Assembly (NCBI RefSeq): GCF_001194135.2
Contig: NC_068983.1
Coordinates: forward strand, 138,825,993 to 138,875,418
DNA length: 49,426 nucleotides
Direction of reading: 5' to 3'
Source: Octopus bimaculoides
Lineage: Eukaryota
Below, piece by piece: positions 13,152-26,576 of the stretch; the stretch's first letter is position 1, and each line of letters opens with the position of its first letter. A program made the translations under genes and the position numbers. The notes under the pieces are model-generated. The model ran no database searches. It was not told the DNA's origin and was given only the letters and a program-made list of their open reading frames with translations.

Positions 13152-14604
13152 ACACATATATATATATAAACATACTTATAAACACGTGTTTATGCATATA
13201 TATTTGCATATTTAAATTATATGTTTTCGGTATGTTTTGTGTATGTTTGTGTACACGCGAGCACATGTGTGTGTGTGACGTGCATACGTATATGCCAGTG
13301 TGGGTTTCTCTGTGCTTGAAACATTGAAGAATCTAAATCGCTAGTAATATATCATTTTCTTTTCGCTTCCATTAATTACATGCTCAGCAAATTTCAGAAC
13401 TTTAACAAATGGTGCTGTTGATGTAGAGAGGAGTAGCAAAAGTGTAAATATGTAAAGAATTGATTTCAGTGAAAACTGTTAGAAGAACAGAAAGCGAATT
13501 GGTTTATAAAAGATAGGTTTTGATTCACTACTTGCATCAACTAATAATCAATTTGTAAGTCAAACCTCTCATTTTGTACTTCTTTCGTCTATTATTAGGG
13601 AAAAAATAAAAACATTCGGCGATATTGTATTAAAATAGTTGTGCTGTTATTGATGTTATTAATTTCTGCTTTGCGGTGTTGGTATTTGTGGTGGTGATAT
13701 ATTTTATGTTGGTAGTTCCGGCAATGATAATAAGTGGCTTTGGTGTTGCTGATGACTGTAATGGCTGTGGTAATTGTAGTTTGGTAATGCAAATAATCTT
13801 AATCTTGATGGTGGCAATGGTGATGGACGTCGTGATGCACTAATGGTGATAGCATCTATTAATATTGTGACAATGATTATCGTGGTGGTAGGGGTAACGA
13901 CGTAATGATGGCTATAAATATGAACAAGGTGTGCTGGAAGCGAATTGAAGAGATGTATAGAAAGAGCCAAAATTAATAAACGGAAATAAATGAAAGAAAC
14001 GAGAAATAAAACGTCTAAATAAGATGTCGATGAAAAAAGCATCAGGATATTGAAAATAATAATAACAATAATAATAATGATAATGATAATGATACTGATG
14101 GTAATAGAAAAGACCATAAGGAAAGGGTTATTCAGTGCTAAATATATAGTAGGACAAGAGTCTAGTATACGATTCTGTCTAGAAACAAATTTGCCTTGCG
14201 GAGGTAATCACTTAAGGACTATGTATAGAGATATTTGGGCCTCAAATAAAAAAGAAATGAACAATAAATTATAGAAAAAGTAAGTGAAACTTTAAAGGAA
14301 AGATGTTTCCATCGATTCTTAAAAAAGGAAAAGAGATGAGAGATGATCAAAGTAGAGATGACTATGCAAAGAAATGAATATTAAAGAAAGAGACTGTGTG
14401 AATGGTTGTAGCACCCATGAACAGATCCTATATATGGAATACAACGAATAAAAACAATAGACGTATAAAGTTCACTGTTCACCTAAAATAGCCACGTTAA
14501 GAAGTAAATGAATCCAACAAAAGAATGAACAGGTGATGAGATTACTGCAATAATTCATTAGAAGTTTTGTAAGCAGTTTCATATTTCATGCACAGAAGAA
14601 AATT

Positions 14605-17160
14605 GTGACACCCAAAATGGAAGTCCTCGAAAAACAAAAAGACCTACGTTTATTAAAAGACTCAGGCAGTGAATTGGCAGAGGAGCTAAACGCATGGTTT
14701 GTCCCTTACGTTTTGAGTTCAACTATGGCTGCAGTCAATTTTGTCTTCCATTATATAACTATCGGTGAAAAAGCAACAGCCCAGGACAAGGAACTGATGA
14801 AGTTGCTAGAACGACAGGGCGAGGGATATTTTGAGTTAATAACAGTGTTACTTTTAGTAGCAGCTGCGACAGACAACTTATATTAGCAAATTCTAAGACT
14901 AAATCGAAGTAGGCCTTCGCTGATTTGATTAGAAGATCGACGACCAATACCCTCACCACCTTCACAAACAGGAAGGGGAATTCAGCAAAGCAATCCGGAT
15001 ATTACATCTCTTAATAATAAGAAGTTCTGTCTTGTAAATGACAGAGCACACCGTTTTCAATATCAGAATTCATAAAAATGTAAAAGAAAAATTGTATTAT
15101 ACCGACTTGAAGTATGAAATTTTCGAATGTTGGAATAAGGGAGCTCACACAGTTATGCCGATGCAAATTATTGAAAACTTGGGAACTCCGACGAAGAATA
15201 TGAAAGCCAAACTTGGAAAGCTAGGTCTTCATTTGGGAGTGGGTGCTTGCACAATACCTGTCAATGTGCTTCTGCAAGAATTCGGAATGTCCTCGAGCAG
15301 GATTGATATAAACATACAAAACGATTTTCATAGAAAGGACAAAACTATGATTCGTCGTATATTACAGGCTCTGTGTGATAGGAAGTACATAAACCGTTTA
15401 CAATGAACGCAGTCAATAGCTGTATACCTACTACTCACAACAGCAGTTCTTCCACAAAATCTCACGAGACAGTAAAGCCAGTAACGCTGAAATACTAACC
15501 AAGTGTATGCAAAAATGTTTCATCACTCGGTGCGTTTCTTGTACATGCTCGGATGACTACACACCATACCTAGAACTTTTATCTAGAATCAAAGATGTCA
15601 TGTGGTAGCATTTCCCGATTAGGGACTTCCGGATGTTATCCATAGTTTCTGGCTCGAAATTCCTCGTGAATGCCATCGCTTGTACCTCACCAATAAACTT
15701 CTCTAGAACGCGATGACAGAATTTCGCTAAATGCATTGCCCAAGAAATAGAGGGCTGCATGAATCTGGCAACATTGCCCCGTGATGTGATTCGTTTTATC
15801 GAAAATGCAGCTCCGTCAAGGAGACGAGATGTGGAAGGATGTGCTTGGTAAATAACGACCGTAAAATTCCAGTCTTGGAATCTCTGTACAGTTTGCAGCC
15901 TCGGCACTTTCATTTACATTAGCAGCCATGACATATCAAGACATTCAAGCAAAGGATGCTAGGAAACAGACGATTCCCATGTACAGAGGAGTATGCCACT
16001 TCCACACGAATCAGCAGAGCAAATAATCTAATCGGGTGAGACAAATACTCTAGCAAGGTACGATGATCAGGTAAGTAATATATAACAGAAGAGTTGTATG
16101 ACTTCCCCTTCACTGCTTGACCTTTCACATATAGCATTCTCTTAGACCATTTGAGACTAGCCACCCTGCGCATTACCTTGAGCTACTTACACTTCATCTA
16201 GAGATCAGGACCGAAAGACGCTCAAGCAACATAGGCACATCGTTCGCTCACTATCGCCTGACACCGCCAGATACTATAGACTTGCTTCTACAGGAGCCGA
16301 ACTGTATATCAACTGGCTCAGCCAAGTTAATGTTTTCCCCTGTCAAAGTTTTGTTTTCATTTAGAAGTCCAGCATTTTAAAGTGTGCGACACATTACGGT
16401 GACGTTATCTGCATCCTGTGTTTCGGCTCAAACGAGATGTCCTACAAGCAGCAACGTTTTCGCATTGGTGTCTGGAAAACAAACATATTCAGAAGACATG
16501 GGACAAGACTAATGACACTATTGATGACCTTGCGATGTTAAACTATTCGAATACGTCGGTAGTTATTCTAACTGCAAGACGTTACCACTGTGAATTGCGG
16601 TGCACGTGCCTCTGGAAAGAGGGGCGTAGTTGGGTGCCTTGAGGACTTCCTAAATTTATTCATGATGTATTCAAACGAAAGTTATCGAGTAATCGATGTT
16701 GATCAAGGCTTCGGCAAATCTAACTTTCCTACTAACTATCTATATTATATCGTGATAAAGTGAGATTGTCATGGATACATCTATACAGAATTGCGTAACT
16801 TCCCATTTTCACGACCAGACTATTAAAGAGAACCACTAAAATTTCTTCCATAATTAAAATCTTAAACTCGGCAATGTTATTATCAGTCCGAATGTGCTTG
16901 ATGCATGTTCGAACTGGGGAACAAGCTACTCACTGCGTTTTGTCACGGAGAATATATCTCGCTTGTTGACAAATAATGTATATCCACGTTGATCGTAGCG
17001 CCACCTACCTGGACTGTGAGATGCTGACATTTTGGAGTAGTTGTCTCCTCATCGGTCACAGACACTATCCATGCTGAATTAAGAGATTGCCTCTCTTATG
17101 CTTCTCCAGTCATCGTACAATCACCATGACTGGCAGCGCTATACGCCGGCCCACTGTAAG
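14605..17160 (+). other. Decayed multi-ORF segment; candidate endogenous viral element with glycoprotein-like remnants
   Basis: No microsatellites; successive + strand protein-like frames (14605-15065 with two in-frame stops; 15038-15406; fragmented Cys-rich 15407-17160 with a hydrophobic leader and N-x-S/T sequons). Viral identity is inferred by eye. Confidence 0.4.
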
Positions 17161-17285
17161 TAAATTACGGAAGGGAGAACACTAAGCAATGAGAAATGAA
17201 ATTGCAATGGTATTATCAGTCCGAATATACTTGATGCACGTTCGAACTGGGGAACAAGCTACTCACTGCGTTTTTTCACAGAAAA
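16871..17285 (+). repeat. ~82-bp direct repeat pair (16871-16952 and 17204-17285)
   Basis: Both copies share GCAATG.TATTATCAGTCCGAAT...GTTCGAACTGGGGAACAAGCTACTCACTGCGTTTT; offset 333 bp. Confidence 0.9.
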
Positions 17286-17295
17286 AATAGTAGCA

Positions 17296-17701
17296 TTTAT
17301 TGTAATATCTAATGTTCTTCACTGTCTGATGTTGCAGTAGTAGTTGTGTTGGACAGGCTGTTGTTTCTTTCATTTTGCATGCGATTGCTGTCATTGTTGT
17401 TGCCATAACCTTTAGCTGCTGGAGCGGGGATGGTACAGGTTGTGTGAGGTGATGTAGATAGTGGTGCACTCAATGTTTTCCTGTTCGTTGTGTCACTGTT
17501 GCTGTAGCTCTTATCTTGGTTGATGCAGTTATCGCTGTGTTTTCTACGCTGTTGCCGTCACCACCAACACTTGCAGTGGTGGTGTTTGGTTCACAGCTAT
17601 TAGCAGTGGGAAGACAGTGTCGTAATAACTCTACCAACAATTATATTCTGCTATCTGCTTTCTTCTCCTTTCGAAAATTACTGTACTTTGTGCTTGAACT
17701 T
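17296..17701 (-). pseudogene. Possible decayed terminal coding exon with low-complexity S/T/N tail
   Basis: Minus strand: pyrimidine tract plus TTTCAG acceptor ending at 17702; frameshifted VIFERRRKQIAEYN/LVELLRHCLP; 82 open codons 17557-17312; TAG 17311-17309; AATAAA 17301-17296. Confidence 0.3.
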
Positions 17702-17959
17702 CTGAAAGTTTTGAAATTTTTGAAAAATGGATAGGAGAGAAAATTAAAAAAAATACTGCAATCGCCGAACAAAGCCACACCAACGAGATGCCTAGGATAA
17801 TGAAAATTTAATAAAAAAAAACTCAAAACAAACAGGCAAAAAACCCAGCAATTTGAACTGAGAGGAATGTTTAAAAAGTTGTTTGAAAAACCGAAGAAAC
17901 AACAAAAGCATGTGCAATCTGAGCGGGCGTCTTATAAATTCAAAATTTCATAACATAGA

Positions 17960-18138
<179 letters not shown>

Positions 18139-18222
18139 CTAACAGTAATAATGACTAACAGTAATAATAATCTTTTCTACTATAGGTACAAGGACTGATA
18201 TTTTTGTGGGAAGGAAAAAAAG

Positions 18223-18880
18223 ATGCACGGTCTGTTTAGAAGAGATACAAGCTCCAAAACAGATACAAAAGACCGGTGGTTATGGATGTGGCAATATGAC
18301 TTGAATATAGAAAGAGAAGCACTTATATGCGCAATACAAGAACACGCATTGAGGACAAACTATGTGAAGTGCAGAATTGATAAAATTGAGAGCGATTAAT
18401 GCAGGATGTGTGGTGAGAGGAGCGAAACACTATGGCATATTGTTACTAAATGCCGAAAATATCGGAATCCTGACATTGTTGTGGTGAATAGAAAAGAAAA
18501 AAAAATGCCTGATAATTGACATAGCATGTCCTAGTGAGAAAAGGATAGAAAAGAAGGAAGAAGAAACAATGAAGCTTTATGATGAAATGAAGTGGGAAAT
18601 ACACTTTTGTGGACGATAGCAGTAGTGATTGGTGAACTTCGATGTATCAGTATCCAACTCCAAACGTGGCTCAAAACGATTGGAACAAACGTAAAAATAG
18701 AATACCCACAAAAGTTCTCATTGCATGGAACTGCAGTTCTCTGCAGGACTCTTGAAGCATGCTCAGTGAACAAGTGTCACCTTACTCTGGTGGCTGTGGG
18801 CATCTGACACTTGCCATCATGCCCTATCAAAATAAAACTGAAGTCTAAACTAAAACTGGAACAGCAAAATACCATAATAA
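18223..18880 (+). mobile_element. R4/Dong-like non-LTR 3' fragment (CCHC + RLE + 3' UTR), internally deleted
   Basis: MHGLFRRD...DLNIEREALICAIQEHALRTNYVKCRID...CRMCGERSETLWHIVTKC / NPDIVVVNRKEKK..LIIDIACP... Confidence 0.85.
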
Positions 18881-18884
18881 AACG

Positions 18885-19090
18885 ATGGCAAGAAAACCCC
18901 TTACATGTCAAATACTGGAAAATAGTCAAAGTGAAATTCTAACAATGGTTGAGAAGCTCTGAACTCAATACTGGGGCTGAAGGATTTTTAATCGCAGCAC
19001 AAGATCAAAGCCTCCTCCGCCCCAAAGACCACTAAAATCACAATGTAGAAAAATACAAATGACTGCAGAATATGTGGTGATGGAATATAT
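18885..19090 (+). mobile_element. Second R4/Dong-like fragment (pre-zinc-knuckle region)
   Basis: WQENPL..., WLRSSEL..GAEGFLIAAQDQSL...DCRICGDG. Confidence 0.7.
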
Positions 19091-19218
19091 CCACGGACAT
19101 AATAGATTTGAGACCTACATACAATGGAGGCTATGCTATGACTATAGAACAGAAAACCAGAACTTACGAACTGCATTCCGCTGTTCAGTGAATGCATGTG
19201 AGAAAAATAAAACTACTG

Positions 19219-19287
<69 letters not shown>

Positions 19288-19473
19288 TAAATGCCCGTAT
19301 TGTATTACATGAAAATATTTCGCTACAGCCCCTGTCACATCTCATCCCCATGCTTTCAGTCGTACTGTAATATCTCTTATCCTTCACTCGCACTACAAAC
19401 CAAAAGCCAAACATACAATAATTATAATAATAATAATAATAATAATAATGATGATGATGATAATAATAATAAA

Positions 19474-19652
19474 TTTTGGGGACGGGTAAAGTCCAATGCA
19501 TCGATTCCAGTGTTTAACTGGTACTTAATTTATGGACTCCGAAAGGATGAAAAGCGAAGTCCACTTCGGCAGAATTTGAACTCAGAACATAGCGACAGGC
19601 GAAATAACGGAGTATTCTGTCCAGCGTACAAACTATTAAGCCAGCTCGCCGT
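19474..19652 (-). mobile_element. tRNA-derived SINE
   Basis: Minus-strand head GGCGAGCTGGC, B-box-like GAGTTCAAATT (19583-19573), then TTTCATCCTTTCGGAGTCCATAAATTAAGTACCAG central domain; (TTA)n tail. Confidence 0.8.
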
Positions 19653-19660
19653 ATTAAAAA

Positions 19661-19739
<79 letters not shown>

Positions 19740-19771
19740 CATAATAATAATAATAGTAATAATAATAATAA

Positions 19772-20500
19772 TGGAAAGCGCCAGGACCCGACGGGGTTCA
19801 AGGCTACTGGCTGAAGAATATCAAGTCAATCAGATGAATACTCGCTGCATTATTAAATGAAGCGATTGAGAGAGGCAGCATATTGAAATAGTTGATAGAA
19901 GAAAGACGACATTAATTTTAAAAGATCAGGCAAAGCGAAATGAGGTATCAAATTTCAGACCCATTACTTGTCTTCCGCTGATGTGCAAATTATTAACGGG
20001 AATGCTATCGGAGGAATTGTAAAAACAGCTTGAGGAGAATGATTTACAACGGGAGGAGCAGATGAGATTCAGAAGAATGCGTAGAGGCATCAAGGACAAG
20101 TTGGTACTTGATAAAATGTTTGTCAAAAATTGCAGGAGGAGGCAACCAAATCTAGCTACGGGGTGGACAGATTATAAGAAGTGATTTGATATGGTGCCTC
20201 AAAGTTTGATAAGGAAGTTCTTGAAAGCGTTTCAAAGTTGCTGAAAGCATGAGAACTTTCATCAGTCGTTTAATGTAGCACTGAAATACAAATTTAATCG
20301 CAGGGGGAGAACATATACGTAATATCCAATTTAAGCGGGTAGCTTCCAAGGAGATAGTCTGTCTTCATTGTTATTTGTGTCGGCGCCCATCCCATTACCG
20401 TCAGTATTTAAGATTTGTAAAAGATGGATACGACCTACAAACAGGAGAAAAGGTGAATCTTTTGTTATAGACGATCTGAAATTGTATGCTAGGGATACCA
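19772..20500 (+). mobile_element. R4/Dong-like reverse transcriptase fragment
   Basis: WKAPGPDGVQGYWLKN; [17 protein letters not shown]; DYKK*FDMVP; FQGDSLSSLLFV; IDDLKLYARD. Starts directly at an (AAT)n tract. Confidence 0.9.
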
Positions 20501-21049
20501 AGCGTAGAATTTTTGGACACGTAAGTTAAGTTTTTTGGAGGCAGAATAGCGATAGGGTTATTTTGCAAACCCACATCATCCCACATTTACCTCCACCGCC
20601 GCTCTGATCATCGGCATCATATAATTCGGTCAAATCCGTAATGCCAGTTTTAGAGGATAAAACAGATTTGGACTGAGATAGGAGATTACTGGAAACATGC
20701 AGTTACTATTGTACACCATTATGTCAAACGTGGTTACAATGAATTACTATCAAAGGAAATTGCATATGACGTAGCTCAGATTAGCAAGGAAAGTCAAACA
20801 TTCATGCATAATTTTAGCAAACAAATTAAAATATGTGACATAATTCCTTTATTGATTAACTGGCACCGAAATTTTTCTGGCATTTCAAAAGTTTCATGTG
20901 CAAGTTACAAGCATGTTGCAGACAAATATCCTCGTTTCAAATAAATATACTCAGCCACCCATTGTAGCCTTTAGTTGGAATAAAATCATAAGAGAACGAT
21001 TAACCTCTACTTCTGAATCTAAGGAAACTAACATTGGAGAATCTGCACG

Positions 21050-21519
21050 CTATACCTTGAAAAGCAGTCTCATGAGAGGTAGGTCCTGTTCATTGTGCAA
21101 TAACATGAGTCAAGTCAATTCCATTAGGAATCATAACAGAAATGTTATGATTTACATAGAAGGTGAGACGTGTAGAGATTTCTATTTGGTGTACGCTGCA
21201 GAATACACCAAACACAACTTGATTTATGTTGCTTGTACAACAGAAAAATTAAACGAAAGATTCAATGGGCAAAGATATAACGTCAGGCACAATAATAATG
21301 CTTCGATAGAACTTCCCGAACATTTTGCATCAAGCAGCAGTAATTTCGAAAAAAGACTTGAAATTGCATATTCTTAGAAAATATTCTGAACCTGCTACAC
21401 TTTCAGTCCTCAAAATACACGAGGAGAAATATGTTTGTGAATCATTAACATCACGCCCGGAAAGGTTGGACAAACTTACAGGGGAATTTCATCATATTTA
21501 CACCAACCTGTTTGATTAA
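21050..21519 (+). mobile_element. Penelope-like GIY-YIG endonuclease fragment
   Basis: CSLC...LVYAAEYTKHNLIYVACTTEKLNERFNGQRY...LPEHF.../...EEKYVCESLTSRPERLDK fits the PLE endonuclease with its CxxC linker. Confidence 0.8.
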
Positions 21520-22042
21520 ATATCCTTCTTTCTCCTTTTCACTTGTATTTTCTTTTCTTCTCTTTTTTTCTTTGTTTTGTTTGCTAGTTATAAACTTGAA
21601 AACTGAAGACTAATGATGTCATCGCATCAACGTGGGGACGCTGATTACCCTCGTTCAAAATTTAGAATTTGAATTTCTATAATTTTGAATTTGTATCACT
21701 TTTCATTTTGAACTCGACAAAGACAGACAAGCTGTGGAAATATCGTTCAACCAATAACACTTCTATTAAGATAGTAGTTGGAAAACAAAATGATAATGGC
21801 TTCTCCAGCGTTAAATTTCTCGATTTAGGAAGTTGTATTGAGTTGTTCTTTGTTTATTAGATTATCAAATTTAAATCTCAAAATTCGCTCTACAAGAGCG
21901 AATTCTCGCGAAATCAGCTTGCTTTGCTTACTGCAAGCTAGATTATTTAGTAAATAGTTCAATACAATTTGGAATAGCAAATAATAAAGGAACAAATGCG
22001 TCTACTTCTTCCAAACACAAGTGATGATGATGATGATAATAA

Positions 22043-22104
<62 letters not shown>

Positions 22105-22201
22105 ATAATAATAATAATAATATCTTCTAACTTGTCTCTTGAGGTCTCTGGGTGAGACTTGGAGCCAACTTGAACAAATGCAAATCAAAAGTCAAACATA
22201 A

Positions 22202-22266
<65 letters not shown>

Positions 22267-22272
22267 TAATAA

Positions 22273-22836
22273 ATGCCCGAATGCAGTACCAGGCAGTGGC
22301 TCTCATGTCTTCTGATTTTTATTGATTGGAAGTGTTATCGTGTAAATTGTTTTTTCTTAGTATAAAAAGATGGGCTACAGCAAATATTCTACTCAATACC
22401 ACAGATTTGCTTGTTGGTTGTTTGACCTTAGCCAGTTGAGCATGTCCCTTGGTGGCTGACGATATGTGCATCTTTGATCACGAACAGAAATAGTGGGGGA
22501 GCATCATAGTCATGTGTTGAGAGGAATTCTTTGGGGTTTGAATAAATCACCTTTGGAAACATGGGTGTTTTACTCAACATCCTTGAACAAACCTTATTCA
22601 GGGACATTTTGAGCGGGATGGGCTACTCGACCTGAAGAAAATTCTAACTGGGCCCCACCTGCGAGGTCATGCGCTGTTTATCTTGATATGAGATCACCAT
22701 GTCGCGCACATGTGGTTGTGATGCATGTGCCTAGTGTACCCTTATCAGACAGGTAGTCATGATGGGTATAATGGGCTTCGTATATTTTATCCCAGTGTCT
22801 TTCACTCCGTATATTTTATCCCTGCTCTTTCACTCC
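22273..22836 (-). mobile_element. Interspersed repeat inserted in (AAT)n, probably the 3' UTR of a Dong/R4-type LINE
   Basis: Flanked by (AAT)n on both sides (22200-22272, 22838-22909); minus strand ends GGGCATTTATTATT...; the same GGGCAT-(TTA)n end occurs at ~19290. Confidence 0.55.
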
Positions 22837-22909
<73 letters not shown>

Positions 22910-23343
22910 GATGAAGAAGAAGAAGAAGGAAAAGAAGAAGTAGAAGAAACAGAAGAGCAAGATGAAGAAGACAAAGAAGAAAATTAACCAATCTCAACTG
23001 ATGGGAAATCTACATACAAACTTTGCGCAAAGTTTATAGAACATAGAATGAAACTACAATATATGAGAATGGAAAGTGAAACGAAATTTAAATTATAGGA
23101 ACTATTTCACACGAAGAAAGAATTGGAAAGCAAAGAATATATTGGGTATTGTGTACAAAGAAGGAATTCTATAGAAATGTATGATAAAATACCTTACCTA
23201 CCAAGACAAGAACTGTTAGAATGTAAGTTAAAAAATGAAAACAAATCCGAGAAACTGTTTAATTTCTCAAGCCTCTCTAATATCTCTTTCTTGTTTCGTA
23301 GCTTTCTGCATAATATTCCCTTACTTCATCTGCGGGTAATATG

Positions 23344-23826
23344 CAGTAATCCCTCGACTATCGCGGGTATTACGTTCCAAACCCTTCTCCGCGATAGGTA
23401 AAAATCCGCAAAGTAGAAACAGTACTGTATATTTTTTATATATTTTTTTCTATAATTTGTATATATCTATTTTATTATAAATGCAAAGCAACACCACGCA
23501 ATCGTCTCCTGAGTTTCGTTTTTCATACATTATATGCGATTCTTTGTTTACTCATCTACGGTACACTACGTATTCTCTTTTGATATATTTCAATATAACA
23601 CATTAGTGTTATACAGTGCTGTACTGCAGTGTATTTTTATTTATTAATTTAAATTTTTTTAGGCGTGAAAATGTTTATTTTACCACAGGAATAATTAAAA
23701 TCTAAAAAGACATGTATACTTATCGGCCGCAGAAAATCGCGATATAGATTTAGATATATTAGCCAGAAAACTCTGTGATATACTGAGAGTTCGATAGGTG
23801 AACCACACTATGGCGAGTGATTACTG
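23344..23826. mobile_element. Tigger/pogo-like MITE
   Basis: Termini CAGTAATCCCTCG... and ...CGAGTGATTACTG; TA right flank, TG left flank; no ORF. Confidence 0.75.
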
Positions 23827-23908
23827 TATTATCACACATTGCACAACATATAGACAACACATTGGTAGAAATATATATGCACACACAAATACAAATATCT
23901 ATCTATAC

Positions 23909-23972
<64 letters not shown>

Positions 23973-24219
23973 GTCTATCTATCTATCTATCTGTCTGTTT
24001 GTCTGTCTTCTGTCTGTCTGTCTAGGCACATAGTTATAATTTAATTACTTTCTCGGTACGACTTTTAATGTTTCAGTGGTTAATAACAAATGCAGTATTC
24101 ATATAACGGTGGATATTGAAACTAATATTTTCACCTATAATTTACGAGAATGCACTAAAGTTAAACTTCGTAAAGCCAATAATAGTACTGGACTCCATTA
24201 ACTTCAGTACAACAGTAAC

Positions 24220-24223
24220 AATA

Positions 24224-24316
<93 letters not shown>

Positions 24317-24358
24317 GCTGCTGCTGTTGTTGCTGCTAGAAGTAGTAGTAGTAGTAAT
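24220..24358 (+). repeat. Compound (TAC)n-(TGC)n-(TAG)n microsatellite
   Basis: Directly visible; produces the poly-T/poly-A ORF 24116-24634. Confidence 0.95.
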
Positions 24359-25048
24359 TTTGTCTGGTACTCCTTGGTTTTCATGTGGATTTCATTGTGG
24401 ATTAGAAGAAAAACATGGGGGCATTTTTCGCATGTGATTTCCTCCCACTATGTTCTAATTTCAAATGTCGACTGGTTCCACTTACTTATTCATCAAATAA
24501 AAATACGACTAAGTGAACTATGTGCCTGTCATATTTTGAAATTGCTGTTTGTTATGTATTCCGTCCATTGCACTCCAACGTCACAAACATATTTTCAACA
24601 CTATATTTTAAAGTGTGAATTATTAACGAACTGAATACGCGTCAGGCTTTCACAGTTGATGAAAGAATCAAACACCACACCACACGTATCCTTTTCCAAT
24701 AATGTCAATGAAGATAAACATTGGGTCACAAATACCTCTGACCAAAACAGATCAATCAACTGGTTCTATTTATTGCATTAGTTTTCAGTTTAATGTTTGT
24801 TTCTGTAGAAGTTATTGACTTGACACGTTTGATGGTATATTGCATTCTTTAGCTATGTTTAACATTCATCTCTTGCTGATTTCTTTCCTTCATATGATTG
24901 CGAAGAACGTTCATGACTTACGGCGAATGGCTTCGCCCAAATACATGCATACATACATACATACATACACACACCCACACAATATATATATTGATATATA
25001 TATATATATACATATATATATGTAAATAATGTGGGTGGCTTATTAGCA

Positions 25049-25143
<95 letters not shown>

Positions 25144-25170
25144 TCTATGTATCTATATATGTGTGTATGT

Positions 25171-25207
<37 letters not shown>

Positions 25208-25208
<1 letters not shown>

Positions 25209-26339
25209 ACTGACATGACAAAAGTAAATAGACAAACTTATAATCAGCAAAATCTATTTAAATCTGAAATTATACATTCAAATTTTTTGTTATAATGTGA
25301 ACATTTAATATTTAGTACACATGCTCCCCCCATATTTGAATGCAAGGACTCTATTAGACATGTTACTGATCAGATGACGAGTTGTCTCTTTCAGACCTTC
25401 TTGCCATGTTTCATTCAGTAACCTCAAAAGAACTGGCTTTGAAGATGCTTTCTTGTTCCTGTTATGAAGTGTCCTGTCCATCATGTTCCAGAGGTGTTCA
25501 TATCTGGTGACTAGCTTGGTCATAGAAGCTTTTTAATCCCATTCTCATCCAACAAATATCTTGACTCATTTAGCCTTGTGACAAGGAGCCCCCTCTTATA
25601 TAGATAAAGAGTCTTCTCTAATCATTTCACCACTAGAGAAGACTGGAATGAGTCATTTCTGCAATATGGACAAATATTTGTCTGAGTTTATGTTTCCCTT
25701 ACACTCCACCAGCTCTGGTCAACTATTGCTCCAAATTGCTCCCCAGACCATCATAGAATGAATAGCTGCCGTCTTTTATTGTTCACTGCAATATTTTCAC
25801 ATCAAATTCTTGGTAACAGGGTCTCCAGACCCACACTCGACCACTGCCAGGAAATACAGCAAATCTGAACTCATCAGAGAATATGACTGTGTCCCAAAAT
25901 GCTAGTTGCCATCTCACCATCTCACTGGCCCCCTATCTTTTCTCCGCTTGATATTGGCTTGTCAAAGAAGATGCTTCCTTCTTGCTGCTCTGCCATTGTA
26001 ACCAAGTTTGTGGAAATACCTGACTGCTGTTCCGGGACAGATAGCAACTTATTCTGCTATGTCAGAGGTCTAGCAACGAGGATTATCCTCCACACTCCTC
26101 TCAACAAACAGAAGTGTTCTATCAGAAGGCTCTGGTTGATCTGGGCGAGGTGATGTGGACTACTACCCCTCTCAGGTGAATTGCAGAATCGTTCTATTAA
26201 CTGTAAAAAGCGCGATCGCAAGGCTTTCTGCGGTTTTACGCTATGTCGGAATAACCCCATAGTACCGCCTCTTTGGAATTCAGACAATTCCAAGGCTTAT
26301 ATTGTACATGGGCTGATTCAGCAGTCACATCTAGAACCT
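25208..26339 (-). mobile_element. Degenerate Tc1-like transposon, one end missing
   Basis: Minus strand: ELSEFQRGG..., VIFSDEFRFAVFPGSGRVWVWR, VWGAIWSN, *EGAPCHKAK, SPDMN/EHLWNMMD...TKY*; putative TIR TA-CACTGACATGACAAAAG at 25208; no partner TIR found. Confidence 0.85.
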
Positions 26340-26576
26340 GGCAGTCAGAATCTTGAAGAATCCTTTATTAGAGCTTTTGTTCGGTTTTTAAACTCATGAC
26401 AAAATCAAAATAAATATGGTAAAATCAGAACGTTTCGTTTATATATATGAATCGTATGTGTTTTTGTTTTGTTTAGAAGAGGAGAATATTGTTTTTGTGT
26501 TTTTGGTAAAAGGGGGCGAGAGAATAAGAAAAGCAAAGAGGGAGGGGAAATAGATAGAAAGAGGGATTTCAGAACA

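Noticed and set aside
13595-14117. 137-aa hydrophobic ORF and neighbours
   Set aside because: Decayed GAT/GGT/AAT low-complexity sequence.
21600-21645. Possible third hammerhead after the GIY-YIG fragment (CTGAAGA...CAACGT)
   Set aside because: GAAA box absent and stem II unconvincing.
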